Positions 1 through 9,677 of a DNA stretch of 64,000 bases are shown here, piece by piece. The DNA is taken from NCBI GenBank assembly GCA_033977065.1, contig JAXCHI010000003.1, positions 576,001 through 640,000 of the forward strand, written 5' to 3'. Position 1 is the stretch's first letter. Every line of letters starts with the position of its first letter. The stretch is from Candidatus Algichlamydia australiensis. GTDB lineage: Bacteria; Chlamydiota; Chlamydiia; Chlamydiales; JAJFMI01. The notes under the pieces are model-generated. The model worked only from the letters and a program-made list of their open reading frames with translations, did no database searches and was not told the origin of the DNA. The translations under genes were made by a program, and so were the position numbers.

Positions 1-616
1 CCAAATATATTGGCTGGCATCATTGATCTCTGTCAAGATTAGTAGATAAAGCACAAGGCCTAAAGGCCCCGCTTCAAATTGCATTTGTGTGGAGTAGGTA
101 GAGAGAAATGCGATGTAGCTTAAGCTATATCCCATCATCATAATCCCCCAAAACATGGTACCTATAGAGTGTAGGAACTCTTTTGGAGTTCCTGCAATAA
201 TCATCCTGACAGGAATACAAAGGTAGACGTAAACGGGTATGAAAATTAAAAACCCAATAAAAGAATTTGTGAGGATTAAAAGATACTGGATTGGAAGAGA
301 AAGGTAGAGCCAAAGTCGTACGCGCTTGTGCTCTGAAAGTTTGGGGACTGCCTGGAAATACTCTTTTAGTGCTAAATAGCTTATTCCCATCCAAAATAGT
401 GTAATGCACCAATTACGGGTTAGAAAAAGAAGAGCGAATACCCCAAAAATAATCCACCACGCAATCAATCGCTTCTTAAGATCGGAGAACTTTTTTGTGG
501 GGAAAAGCCAAGCAAAAATTTGAAAAGTAAGCAGGAGTCCTACAAGAGAGAGAAATGTCCAAAATACTGGAGGTGTGAGAAGGGGGAAAAAATTTGTATT
601 AAACATAAAGATACAT
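1..616 (-). CDS. Phosphatidate cytidylyltransferase (CdsA/YnbB-like), 3' end runs off the window
   Basis: Not in the ORF track. Manual translation from ATG 616: MYLYVLIQIFFPLL...KRLIAWWIIF...SYLALKEYF...FLIFIPVYVYL...GTMFWGIMMMGYSLSY...GLVLYLLILTEINDASQYIW, open to the window edge. Hydrophobic with CTP_transf_1/YnbB-type motifs. Confidence 0.85.
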
Positions 617-682
617 TTAGTGCTAAATTTGACGATCTATACTGGATAGTGTAGTATTGAAGCGGAAATTTGGCAAATTTTT

Positions 683-1288
683 ATGAATGTTGGTCTTTAC
701 AATTTAAAATATCCGTTTAGGAGAGTAATAAGTTTTTTATTGCCTATTTTTAAAAATATTCATCCCGATGTAGTGAGTTACTCCCTAATTCCGATTGGGA
801 TTTTGACCGCAATTCTCTTTTTTTATGCTCCAAGTACTCCTTTTTTCTATCTGATTGGGGCACTCTTTATTTTACTCCGAATGATTGTAGGAACTCTTGA
901 TGGTTTGATTGCCGTGACTTTTAACAAAAGTTCACCAAAAGGGGAGATGATCAATCGCATTGCTCCTGAGGTGTGTGACATGCTTCTGATCACTGCGATT
1001 GTCTACTCTTCTCCAAATTATTTGATACTCGGATCTGCTGTTCTTGCTGCCTGCTGGGCTGTGACATTTTTTGGGCTGATTGGGATTGTTGCAGAAAAAA
1101 AGATTCAAAGCGTTGGGCCTGCTGGGCAAACAGATCGCATTGTCGCGCTGGCTGTTTTCTCTCTTTTTCACTATTTTCAGAAGTTTTTTTCTTTTCACAT
1201 CGATTTTATCTATCTCTTTCTTATCTGGGTTCTAGTTGGAAGTGCTCTAACGCTTTATTTTAGAATTTCCCGGAATTTTTCAAGATGA
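683..1288 (+). CDS. CDP-alcohol phosphatidyltransferase family protein (YnbA-like)
   Basis: Multi-TM protein; variant signature TLDGLIA...GEMIN...EVCD; GP.G.TDR motif; N-terminal LYNLKYPF. Confidence 0.8.
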   Translation: MNVGLYNLKYPFRRVISFLLPIFKNIHPDVVSYSLIPIGILTAILFFYAPSTPFFYLIGALFILLRMIVGTLDGLIAVTFNKSSPKGEMINRIAPEVCDMLLITAIVYSSPNYLILGSAVLAACWAVTFFGLIGIVAEKKIQSVGPAGQTDRIVALAVFSLFHYFQKFFSFHIDFIYLFLIWVLVGSALTLYFRISRNFSR

Positions 1289-3231
1289 TCGCTAAATCTG
1301 TTCGAAAGAATTACCCTGTTTTAAAGAGCGGAGTTTTTCTCAATCATGCTGCAACAGCACCTGTTTCGTACGGAACGATTCATCGCATGCAGTCTCTCTG
1401 TCGTGAGATGGAGGATCCTCTTGGTAAGCATTTTTATCAGTGGCTCGCAATTGAAGAGGAGACACGACGCATGATCGCTGAACTTCTTGGCACCTCGCCT
1501 TCGGAAATTTCCATTACGCCAAACACCTCTTCAGCTCTCAGTATAGTTGCAAATTGTATCGATTTTCAAATTGGTGATCGGGTACTTGTTCCGCGTAATG
1601 AGTTCCCTTCGAACCGCTATGTTTGGCAAAATTTAAGAGCAAAAGGGGTAGAGTGTACTTTTTTTGATCTTGATCCAACTAAGTCACTGGTTGAACTTCT
1701 TGAAGCTCTCGACCTTACCAATGTACGATTGATTTCTATTAGCCAGGTGAGTTACTTGACAGGACAAAGACATAATTTGCGCGACTTTGGAACCTTTTGC
1801 AAGGAGCGTAAAATTTTTAGTTGTGTAGACGCAATTCAGGCTGTTGGGACTTTTCCAATTGATCTGAAGCAAACTCCTGTCGATTTCTTTGCAGGAGGAG
1901 CGCAAAAATGGCTTCTTGGACCTATTGGGTGTGGCTATCTCTATATCAAGAAAGAGTTAATTGACCAGGTTCGTGTTCCTTTTGTTGGGTGGACAAGTGT
2001 ACGTTATCCTGAAAGTTTTGATGAGATGAAGCTCGAATTTCCCCCTGAGGCGACCAGATTTGAGCCTGGCCTGCCCAATATTGTGGCAATTGCGGGGTTG
2101 AATAACTCTTTGCATGAGTTGAAAAGAGTCGGATGGGAAAAAATTTTTAGCCAGCTACTCCTCTCTTCTCAATATCTCTACGAGGCGATGCAGCAGATCC
2201 AAGGCTTTAAGCCATTAATCCCTGATTTTGATCATATTGGAAGAGTTGTGAGCTTTTCTCTCCCTACAGGAGTGAATCCAAAAAAACTTTTATTAGACCT
2301 AGGAAAGAAGGGGATTACAGTCACAGCAAGGGCCGGGTATATTCGTCTCTCTCCTCACTTTTACAATACAAAAGAGGAGTTGGATAAATTTCTCAATGCG
2401 ATTGATGGTTGCGCGATGCGAAAAAGTATTCGCTATCCTGCTGCAGAAAGACCCTCTCAAAAAAATAATCGCTGGATTTTGCTTAACGGAGCTACAGGAA
2501 CTCTTGGCCGTGAAATAGCACTCTATCTAGCGCAAAAAGGGTTCAATATTAAGGGAATTGGCAGATCTAGGAAAGTTTTAGAAGAGTTAAGAAAAAAGAT
2601 TGGTGCGGGATTTGAATCGTTATGTTTGGACTTTTTGAACGATGGCGCGCTTGAAGATTTTTTGCAGGAAGAGAAAAGAAGATATGCAGCGCTGATTAAT
2701 GTATCCGGTCTATCAGAAGCGGTGCCTTATGAAAACATGGATTTCAAAAAGTTGCGAGAGATGTTTGAAGTCAATTTTTTTGCTCCAGCGAAATTAATGC
2801 AGTTTTACTCTTCGCGTTTTGACTCTGAAAATCCTATTGGCATACTCAATGTTATTTCAGGAACAGGGCGAGTGGGGTATCCCTTATTTGGCGGATTCGG
2901 AGCTAGCTCCGGAGCTCTCTGGACTTTAAGTGAAAGTTTAGAGAGAGAATGGAAAAGAAAAAACATTCCAGTTACTACCTTTATTTCTCCTCCCATGCAT
3001 TCTCCGATGCAGAAGACTCTCGGAAGAGTAATGCTGCGCTACTTTCCGATGAAATCAAAAGGATTTGATTATGCGCATGCGGAAGAGATTGCAAGAGATG
3101 CAGTAGAGGCACTTTTTCTCGGGAAAGGGGTCGTAGATAAGAGGAAGAGTCGGTTTACCGATCTTATGAACAGCTTATTTCCAAACTACATTTCTAATAA
3201 AATCAAAAAAAAATTCTGTAGGGAAAGGTAA
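1285..3231 (+). CDS. Fusion: aminotransferase class V PLP enzyme plus C-terminal SDR-like domain
   Basis: FLNHAATAP, DAIQAVG, AQKWLLGP (PLP lysine), RFEPG, IRLSPHFYN; then ILLNGATGTLG Rossmann motif and FEVNFFAP. Confidence 0.85.
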   Translation: MIAKSVRKNYPVLKSGVFLNHAATAPVSYGTIHRMQSLCREMEDPLGKHFYQWLAIEEETRRMIAELLGTSPSEISITPNTSSALSIVANCIDFQIGDRVLVPRNEFPSNRYVWQNLRAKGVECTFFDLDPTKSLVELLEALDLTNVRLISISQVSYLTGQRHNLRDFGTFCKERKIFSCVDAIQAVGTFPIDLKQTPVDFFAGGAQKWLLGPIGCGYLYIKKELIDQVRVPFVGWTSVRYPESFDEMKLEFPPEATRFEPGLPNIVAIAGLNNSLHELKRVGWEKIFSQLLLSSQYLYEAMQQIQGFKPLIPDFDHIGRVVSFSLPTGVNPKKLLLDLGKKGITVTARAGYIRLSPHFYNTKEELDKFLNAIDGCAMRKSIRYPAAERPSQKNNRWILLNGATGTLGREIALYLAQKGFNIKGIGRSRKVLEELRKKIGAGFESLCLDFLNDGALEDFLQEEKRRYAALINVSGLSEAVPYENMDFKKLREMFEVNFFAPAKLMQFYSSRFDSENPIGILNVISGTGRVGYPLFGGFGASSGALWTLSESLEREWKRKNIPVTTFISPPMHSPMQKTLGRVMLRYFPMKSKGFDYAHAEEIARDAVEALFLGKGVVDKRKSRFTDLMNSLFPNYISNKIKKKFCRER

Positions 3232-5687
3232 TGGAATCAATACGGTACTTTATTGAAACTTTATGGCAGGAGTATGGTGACAATACCGCAATCATCTCCT
3301 ATCACCGTTTTAAAAGAAGAGAGTACACCTATACAGAAATTTACTCTTTAATAAAAAAATGTGCTGCTTATCTCCAATCAAAAGGTTTGAAAAAAGGGGA
3401 TAAAATCCTTATTTACGCGGAAAACTCACCAGAGTGGGTGGTGATTCTATTGAGTTGTGCCTTGAGCGGGATTGTTCTTGTTCCCATTGATCGCAAATCT
3501 CCAATAAATTTTGCAAAAGCGATTTTTGATCGAACAGAAGCAAAATGGTTGGTTTCGGATCTCCAACAGAATGCGATTACGGCCGATTGCATTCCTATTG
3601 AGACACTTTTTGCTACTATTGCTTCTTTTTCAGGTGACTCTTTAAAAGAAGTGACAATAGTTGCAGATGACCTCTTAGAAATTGTTTTTACATCAGGAAC
3701 TACTTCAGAACCAAAGGGGGTGGTTATTACACACCGGAACTTTGTGGCAAGTATACAGGGGATACGTATGCAGAACCTTTCGTGTAATAATTATTGCCGC
3801 TTTCTTTCCATGCTTCCTTTGAGTCACGTATTGGAGCAAAACGCAGGCTGCCTTTCCATTCTTCGTTTTGGAGGACAAATTGTTTACACAAGGGGCTTAA
3901 GTTTTACTCGCATTGTAGAGGTAATGAGAGAAGAAAAAATTTCTCATATCATCGCAGTTCCTGCGATTTTGGAGCAGTTTGCTAGTAAAATCCAAAAAGA
4001 AATAGAAAAGAAAAGGCTCAAAAAAGTGTTTTCTATCCTTTTTAAAATTCTTAAAATTGCTCCTCAAACAGTGAGAAGAGCTCTTCTATTTGGTATTAGG
4101 CGAAAATTTGGGAAAAATTTGCAGACATTTATTTGTGGAGGAGCACCTTTAGATCAAGAGGTGGAGCTATTTTGGAAGGGAATGGGGGTCGATGTTCTAC
4201 AAGGATATGGTTTAACAGAAAGCAGCGCAATGTGCTGTGTAAACACTTACGCAAAAAGCAAAAGAGGAGCTGTAGGAATTCCCCTTCCTAATCTAAGCTT
4301 GAAGATAGATAAAAATGGGGAGATTTTGCTTAAAGGCGACTCGATTATTAATGAGTACTACAGAAATGAAAAATTAAATAAGGAGGCCTTTACGGAAGGC
4401 TGGTTCCATACTGGTGATGTTGGGCGGATTGATAAAAAAGGATTTCTTTATATCACAGGTCGGTTAAAAGATATGATCTTAACTTCAAACGGGTTGAATG
4501 TGTTTCCAACAGACATCGAAAAAGTGATGACCCGAATTCCGGGGATTGTAGAAGGAGCAGTCTTTGAAGATCCTAAAGCAAAAGGAAAACTTGTTGCAGC
4601 AGTGATTGTTGATGATCAGTATAGAGAACAGAGCGCTTTGGAACAGGTCAATACGCAGCTAGCACCGCACCAAAAACTTGCAAAAATGGTTGAATGGAGT
4701 CGCTCTTCACTACCAAAGACACCCTCCATGAAGCTGAACAGGAAAGAGTTAGCAAAAATTTATCTGGAAGAGCTACTGCAAATTTCAAAAAAGACCTCTC
4801 AAGAAATCGATCCTCTTGTACAAATTCTCTCACAAATTTCTCAGGTCCCAGAAGAGAAGATTAAGCACAATTCTTTAATTGTTAAAGATTTAGGATTAGA
4901 TTCACTCTCTCTAGTTGAACTTGTTCTTGCTTTAGAAGCGCGATTTCGGATTGAAATAGATGAATCAATTTTAACTCAGAATTTAACCCTTTTCGAGCTG
5001 AAAAAAATTCTTACTTCCGATAAGCAGAAAAGACCGATGAAATCAGCTTGTTACATCTATAGCAAGTTTTTTCGCTGGATAAATAGAATTTTCCGGAGCC
5101 TCACAATAAAAATATTGTCAATGCGTGTGAAAGTAGAGGTTATTGGGGAGCTTCCAGCTTTAAAACGTCCCACCATATTTGTTGCCAATCACACAAGCCA
5201 CCTTGATACTTACTCGATCATTTCTGCCGTTTCAGAAGAGGTGCAAAATCACCTGGTTGCAGCTGCTGCGCATGACTATTTTTTTGAAAAACATAAAATA
5301 AGAGGTTTTTTTTTAACTCTTTTCCTACTACCTTTAATCCCATTTTATCGATCAGGCAAATTCTCCCAAAATTTGAAGATGATGAGTAAAGCAATGGGAA
5401 AAAAGAATCACCTTCTTCTTTTTCCTGAAGGTACAAGAAGTCGAACAGGAGAGATGGGTCGATTTAAAAAAGGTATTGGGATGGTCGTAAAAGAGATGGA
5501 TGCTCATGTCATTCCACTCTATATTGAGGGTGCGCATCTTTTGTTACCACCTCAATCAGCTATTCCCCAAAAAGGAAAAATCAAAGTACACATCGGAGAA
5601 AAACTCTCTTTTGAACCGAGTCTTTCAGCAGAAGAGATCACATCTTGTCTCAAGAAGAGTCTTCTTAAATTCAAATTGCAGCCATGA
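3231..5687 (+). CDS. Fusion: long-chain acyl-AMP ligase, acyl carrier domain, PlsC-type acyltransferase
   Basis: FTSGTTSEPKG, GYGLTES, FHTGDVG (AMP-binding); DLGLDSL (phosphopantetheine Ser); NHTSHLD and FPEGTRS (acyltransferase). Confidence 0.9.
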   Translation: MESIRYFIETLWQEYGDNTAIISYHRFKRREYTYTEIYSLIKKCAAYLQSKGLKKGDKILIYAENSPEWVVILLSCALSGIVLVPIDRKSPINFAKAIFDRTEAKWLVSDLQQNAITADCIPIETLFATIASFSGDSLKEVTIVADDLLEIVFTSGTTSEPKGVVITHRNFVASIQGIRMQNLSCNNYCRFLSMLPLSHVLEQNAGCLSILRFGGQIVYTRGLSFTRIVEVMREEKISHIIAVPAILEQFASKIQKEIEKKRLKKVFSILFKILKIAPQTVRRALLFGIRRKFGKNLQTFICGGAPLDQEVELFWKGMGVDVLQGYGLTESSAMCCVNTYAKSKRGAVGIPLPNLSLKIDKNGEILLKGDSIINEYYRNEKLNKEAFTEGWFHTGDVGRIDKKGFLYITGRLKDMILTSNGLNVFPTDIEKVMTRIPGIVEGAVFEDPKAKGKLVAAVIVDDQYREQSALEQVNTQLAPHQKLAKMVEWSRSSLPKTPSMKLNRKELAKIYLEELLQISKKTSQEIDPLVQILSQISQVPEEKIKHNSLIVKDLGLDSLSLVELVLALEARFRIEIDESILTQNLTLFELKKILTSDKQKRPMKSACYIYSKFFRWINRIFRSLTIKILSMRVKVEVIGELPALKRPTIFVANHTSHLDTYSIISAVSEEVQNHLVAAAAHDYFFEKHKIRGFFLTLFLLPLIPFYRSGKFSQNLKMMSKAMGKKNHLLLFPEGTRSRTGEMGRFKKGIGMVVKEMDAHVIPLYIEGAHLLLPPQSAIPQKGKIKVHIGEKLSFEPSLSAEEITSCLKKSLLKFKLQP

Positions 5688-5845
5688 GCAAGCTGTAAAT
5701 TATGCCATTAATCCTCTCGTGGACATGATGAAGAAAGCACATTTTTCGATTTCAGAAACACACTCCATGTTGAAATTTTTTGAAATTCAAATTTCTTGAA
5801 AAATTCTAATCCTGGTATGATGGGATCTCAAACGGGAGAAAAATA

Positions 5846-6505
5846 ATGATGAAACACAATCGAATTTTTTTAATCGCATGCTGGCTTTGCTTTGTGCTAA
5901 TTGGCCAATTTTTAAAATTTAGTATACCTGTAGGTGAGCAGTCCGCTTCCCTCTCATGTCTTGCAATTGCACTACCACTTTTAGCCTGTTTTCTACCGGC
6001 AAGAATCTCTCTGCCGATTATTAGTGGCCTCTGGCTTACTTTGCACGCATTTCATCCCATTCCTCTTACAATGGGAATTCCAACACTATTAGCTGCTCTT
6101 TCATGGCGCATTTCTAAAAATAGTGCAGGTGTTAATCGATTATTTCACTTAGCCCTTCCTGCTGCTGCAATCATAGCTTTTGCTTTTTCTTCCTCCGGTG
6201 CAGATGCATGGCCCTATACGCTTTACTGGCTGATTCCGATGGCATGCACATTTTTCAAGCCAAGTCTCTTTTCTCGCGCTCTGCAAAGTACGTTTATGGC
6301 ACATGCAGCGGGTAGCTTGATCTGGGCTTACTTCGTTCCACTTTCTGGCGCGCAGTGGCTAGCACTTATCCCTGTTGTCGCTTTAGAGCGTCTTTTGGCA
6401 GCAGGAGTTGCGATGGCTCTTGTTAAAACGCTATCCGCATTGGAAGTTTCTTTGCCAAACATGCTGCTAAGCTTAAAAAAAAGAACATTAAGTGTTGAAA
6501 GCTAA
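5846..6505 (+). CDS. Integral membrane protein, about 6 TM (size and topology like an ECF S-component)
   Basis: Very hydrophobic 219 aa ORF with RBS GGGAG upstream; function not supportable. Confidence 0.55.
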   Translation: MMKHNRIFLIACWLCFVLIGQFLKFSIPVGEQSASLSCLAIALPLLACFLPARISLPIISGLWLTLHAFHPIPLTMGIPTLLAALSWRISKNSAGVNRLFHLALPAAAIIAFAFSSSGADAWPYTLYWLIPMACTFFKPSLFSRALQSTFMAHAAGSLIWAYFVPLSGAQWLALIPVVALERLLAAGVAMALVKTLSALEVSLPNMLLSLKKRTLSVES

Positions 6506-7433
6506 AACCTTTTTTAAGTGGGTTTTATTGCCATTTGCTCTGTTTGCTCGAGATGTCCCAGAGATTTCAAGTTGGACAGAGCCAACTGTTCGCGATTTTG
6601 AAATTTTGCAGGAGCATTTGCAGGAGCAGGCAGAGAGAGATCACGCGCGTTTTTCGGGAACGGTACATCATAAGCGGTTGAAGAGAGTCAATGATTTTTC
6701 TCTTCTGGTTGATGGAAGAATCCCCGAAAAACAGCTTGAAATTTTCAATACAGACGAAGACGATAGGTCGTGCTTAATTGTCACTTACGCCTCATACAAT
6801 GAGAAGTTTATAGAATTTGTTGAGCGGCAAAAGAGAGGTCTTGAGTATGTAAAATATAAAGGCCATTTTCTCTATTGGATTGGTGGATGGCCCTTTATTA
6901 AAGGGGGAGGTCTTGAGGTATTTGATACTCCCTACGCCTTTAAAATTTGCGCTTTGCTAGAGGCACGCGCAATGGGGTATGAGAAAGTGATCTGGCTCGA
7001 TTCAAGGATTTGCCCACTACGAAACCTTAAGCCTGTATTTTGTTTTTTAGATAAAATGCCCATTGTCATGCGCACTAGCATGAATCAAAAACTAGAAAAT
7101 TTTGCCCATCCTTGGGTCTTAGAAGCGTTTGATACAAGCGCAGAAGAATTGAAAAATTGTGTTCACTATGCCACCGGTGTTTTAGGGGTAAATCTCCGTG
7201 ATAAAAGAGTGAATGAGATCCTGGATAAGTACTTTGAGCTTGCAAAAAACCGTGAAGGGTTCATGAACCGCTTCCCTTGCCAAGTTCCCTGGAGCTTGCT
7301 TCTTAAGCGATCTAGTCTTGAGATCAAGTTGCTAAAACCTCTTGTCTCTTTTTCAGGGCAGAGTAATGGTCGTGCTTATTTTAAGTGCGACTATCATGAT
7401 CGTTTTGATTATCCAAATTCTTATAAAAAATAA
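6492..7433 (+). CDS. Hypothetical exported protein, possible glycosyltransferase-like fold
   Basis: Signal-peptide-like N-terminus; PYAFK...GYEKVIWLDS motif. Confidence 0.5.
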   Translation: MLKAKTFFKWVLLPFALFARDVPEISSWTEPTVRDFEILQEHLQEQAERDHARFSGTVHHKRLKRVNDFSLLVDGRIPEKQLEIFNTDEDDRSCLIVTYASYNEKFIEFVERQKRGLEYVKYKGHFLYWIGGWPFIKGGGLEVFDTPYAFKICALLEARAMGYEKVIWLDSRICPLRNLKPVFCFLDKMPIVMRTSMNQKLENFAHPWVLEAFDTSAEELKNCVHYATGVLGVNLRDKRVNEILDKYFELAKNREGFMNRFPCQVPWSLLLKRSSLEIKLLKPLVSFSGQSNGRAYFKCDYHDRFDYPNSYKK

Positions 7434-7490
7434 TTTCACAATAAAGCTCTCTATGAGATAACAGAAATTTGAATGTTTAGAGGTTTTGTT

Positions 7491-8837
7491 ATGAAATTTG
7501 TAGTTTTGGCTCTAGGAATTGCACTTGCATCTGCCAGCGCAGAAGAGATTACGCTACAAGATATTTTAAGTATCAAAGAGCAAATTCGCCAAGATCGTGA
7601 GCAGATTGCAGAGTTAAAAGAGCACCTGCGAGGAAGCGAGCAGGATCGCGATGTTGATATTCTTGAGCTTAAAGCTGTTCTTACACATCAAGAAGAAGAG
7701 ATTGCCCAGCTCAATCAGGAGATTGCAAAAGCAAAAAAAGAGAAGCAGTCACCGGCAAATAAAACTAAGCCGATGGGGTGCGCACCAAAACCTGCTTGCC
7801 CACCAGATCCTTGCTGTGAGCCTGTCTGCTGCCCAAAAGTCTATAAACCTCTACCTCCACCATGTCAGCGCTGTCCGATGGCGATGCGCTATCATCCCGC
7901 CATTGATGAGGAGAGCCAATTTGCGGCACGCGGAGAATTTCTTATTTGGAAGACGGCTGCTAACCCGCTTGATTATGCCCTGCCAAAGCAAGTAAATGAA
8001 ACAGGTGTTGATACAGGTGCGATTGGACCTTATGAAGTTTTAGATTATGATTGGGACCCAGCATTTCGCTTGGCATTGCAATATCGCTTCTGTCCCGATT
8101 TCTGGCAGGCTGAAGTGCAGTACACCTATCTTAGCAACTCGGGATCTGATTCTGTAAATGGAGGAAGCAATCCCAACCCTGCTGCAGGCGAAGCCTTTTT
8201 AACAGGAACTTTTATTCAAGAGACGGGAGAGGCTCTTTCTCGCGCAAGCGCAAGTATCGATTTTGATTACCACGTCTTAGACTTTTATCTTGCTAGACGC
8301 TTTCTTCTAGCTGAGAGTATCATCTTTAAATTCCTTTTTGGAGCATCGGGTGCTTGGATTAACCAAGATCTTGATGTTCGCTATACCGGGTTTGATATCG
8401 CGAGCTCACGCACGACAAATAATTGGAAGTACAATGCTGGTGGAATCAAGGCAGGAATTACAAACGATTGGTTTTTAGGAAAAGGATTTGGCATCTATTC
8501 GCAGCTTGTTTTGGGAGGTTTTATTGGTAACTGGAAAGGAGATGCTAGAAACACCTCAATTGATACAACTGGAACAAGCCAGACCCTAGAAAATTGGACC
8601 TATGAAGATACACGCTTTGCGTTGACAACACAGTTCCAACTCGGTCTCTCGTGGCATTGGCTTTTTGAAAACATCTCTTTGCGTCTTTTTGCTGGGTATG
8701 AGATGAATCCTTGGATCAATATTAACGATATTCGTGCTTCATCTCTGCAAGATGATACGAGACAGCGCTTTTCTCGAATCCATCGCGGCCTCATCTGCCC
8801 ACAAGGTGTTACCCTTAACGCCCAAGTCGGCTTCTAA
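7491..8837 (+). CDS. Outer-membrane porin (Lpg1974/MOMP-like) with N-terminal coiled coil and Cys/Pro-rich linker
   Basis: Signal peptide MKFVVLALGIALASASA (ATG 7491; track starts at 7473), GEFLIWK, YDWDPAFR, FAGYEMNPW, C-terminal Phe (NAQVGF). Confidence 0.75.
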   Translation: MKFVVLALGIALASASAEEITLQDILSIKEQIRQDREQIAELKEHLRGSEQDRDVDILELKAVLTHQEEEIAQLNQEIAKAKKEKQSPANKTKPMGCAPKPACPPDPCCEPVCCPKVYKPLPPPCQRCPMAMRYHPAIDEESQFAARGEFLIWKTAANPLDYALPKQVNETGVDTGAIGPYEVLDYDWDPAFRLALQYRFCPDFWQAEVQYTYLSNSGSDSVNGGSNPNPAAGEAFLTGTFIQETGEALSRASASIDFDYHVLDFYLARRFLLAESIIFKFLFGASGAWINQDLDVRYTGFDIASSRTTNNWKYNAGGIKAGITNDWFLGKGFGIYSQLVLGGFIGNWKGDARNTSIDTTGTSQTLENWTYEDTRFALTTQFQLGLSWHWLFENISLRLFAGYEMNPWININDIRASSLQDDTRQRFSRIHRGLICPQGVTLNAQVGF

Positions 8838-9544
8838 CCACCTTCTCTCTTAGAAATCTGAGTGTGGGGAATTTGCATTTGTTCTGGAAGCTCTTTGCGG
8901 TGTCCATCTTCGTCTATTTCAACCTGCTCTGGACCGGAGAAGTTCGTGTCTTCCTGTAATGTACATTGAACCATTTCTTTTACTTTATCCATATTAATTT
9001 GAGTTCCTCGATAATCCATAGGCAACCCAATTAAATGTGCTTCATGGAATAATTTGCTGTAGAGCCAAGGTCTTTGAAGTTCGGGATCTGCTTTTATTGC
9101 CATCCTTCGATCTATCGGACTAGTTAGATATTTTTTGCCATTCCAGCCTGGAGGAAGACGAAAGCCTCTTTCATCTATATATTCCTGACAGTAGAGGTGA
9201 GTTCTTTCACGGCTCGGATCAGCCTTTTTAGCGAGTTCACGGTGGTACTCATTGTTCAGATATTCTTCGCCATCCCAACCTGGGGGGAAACAACAGCCTT
9301 TTTCATTAAAGATTTCAAATACATTTTCGAGGGGATTCTCAAGTTGAGCGGAAAGTTTTTGGGTAGCACAGTAAGCGCAGTAGATAGCTGCGAACGTGAC
9401 TGAAGCAACGAGTGCAACTTTAAGTAGCAAATGTTGATCCAGATCGCTTAAAAAGTTCTGATTGAGTACGCGGCTGACTTGCGTAGTCGTAGGTTCAAAT
9501 AATAAATTTATAGTGTTTTTGTCGGCCATTTGCAGTATGTTCAT
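8834..9544 (-). CDS. Hypothetical single-TM protein with a ~44 aa internal repeat
   Basis: TM LLLKVALVASVTFAAIYCAYC; repeats FPPGWDGEEYL...KKADP and LPPGWNGKKYL...IKADP. Confidence 0.65.
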   Translation of the reverse strand: MNILQMADKNTINLLFEPTTTQVSRVLNQNFLSDLDQHLLLKVALVASVTFAAIYCAYCATQKLSAQLENPLENVFEIFNEKGCCFPPGWDGEEYLNNEYHRELAKKADPSRERTHLYCQEYIDERGFRLPPGWNGKKYLTSPIDRRMAIKADPELQRPWLYSKLFHEAHLIGLPMDYRGTQINMDKVKEMVQCTLQEDTNFSGPEQVEIDEDGHRKELPEQMQIPHTQISKREGG

Positions 9545-9616
9545 TTATTCAACGAAGATTATACTACATCTCTTGATCAATCTCAAAATTAAAATAATTG
9601 ATAGAATACATAAGCT

Positions 9617-9658
9617 AAAAAAACGCTCTTTTGAAATAAATACTTCAAAAGAGTGTTT
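9617..9658 (-). terminator. Rho-independent terminator after the 9678-10340 gene
   Basis: Stem cgctcttttgaa / ttcaaaagagtg next to an A7 tract (U-tract on the minus strand). Confidence 0.6.
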
Positions 9659-9677
9659 CAATTGTTTGTTCTGCTAA

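Noticed and set aside
125..412. 95 aa minus-strand ORF in the track
   Set aside because: Alternative frame of the real CdsA-like gene (1-616).
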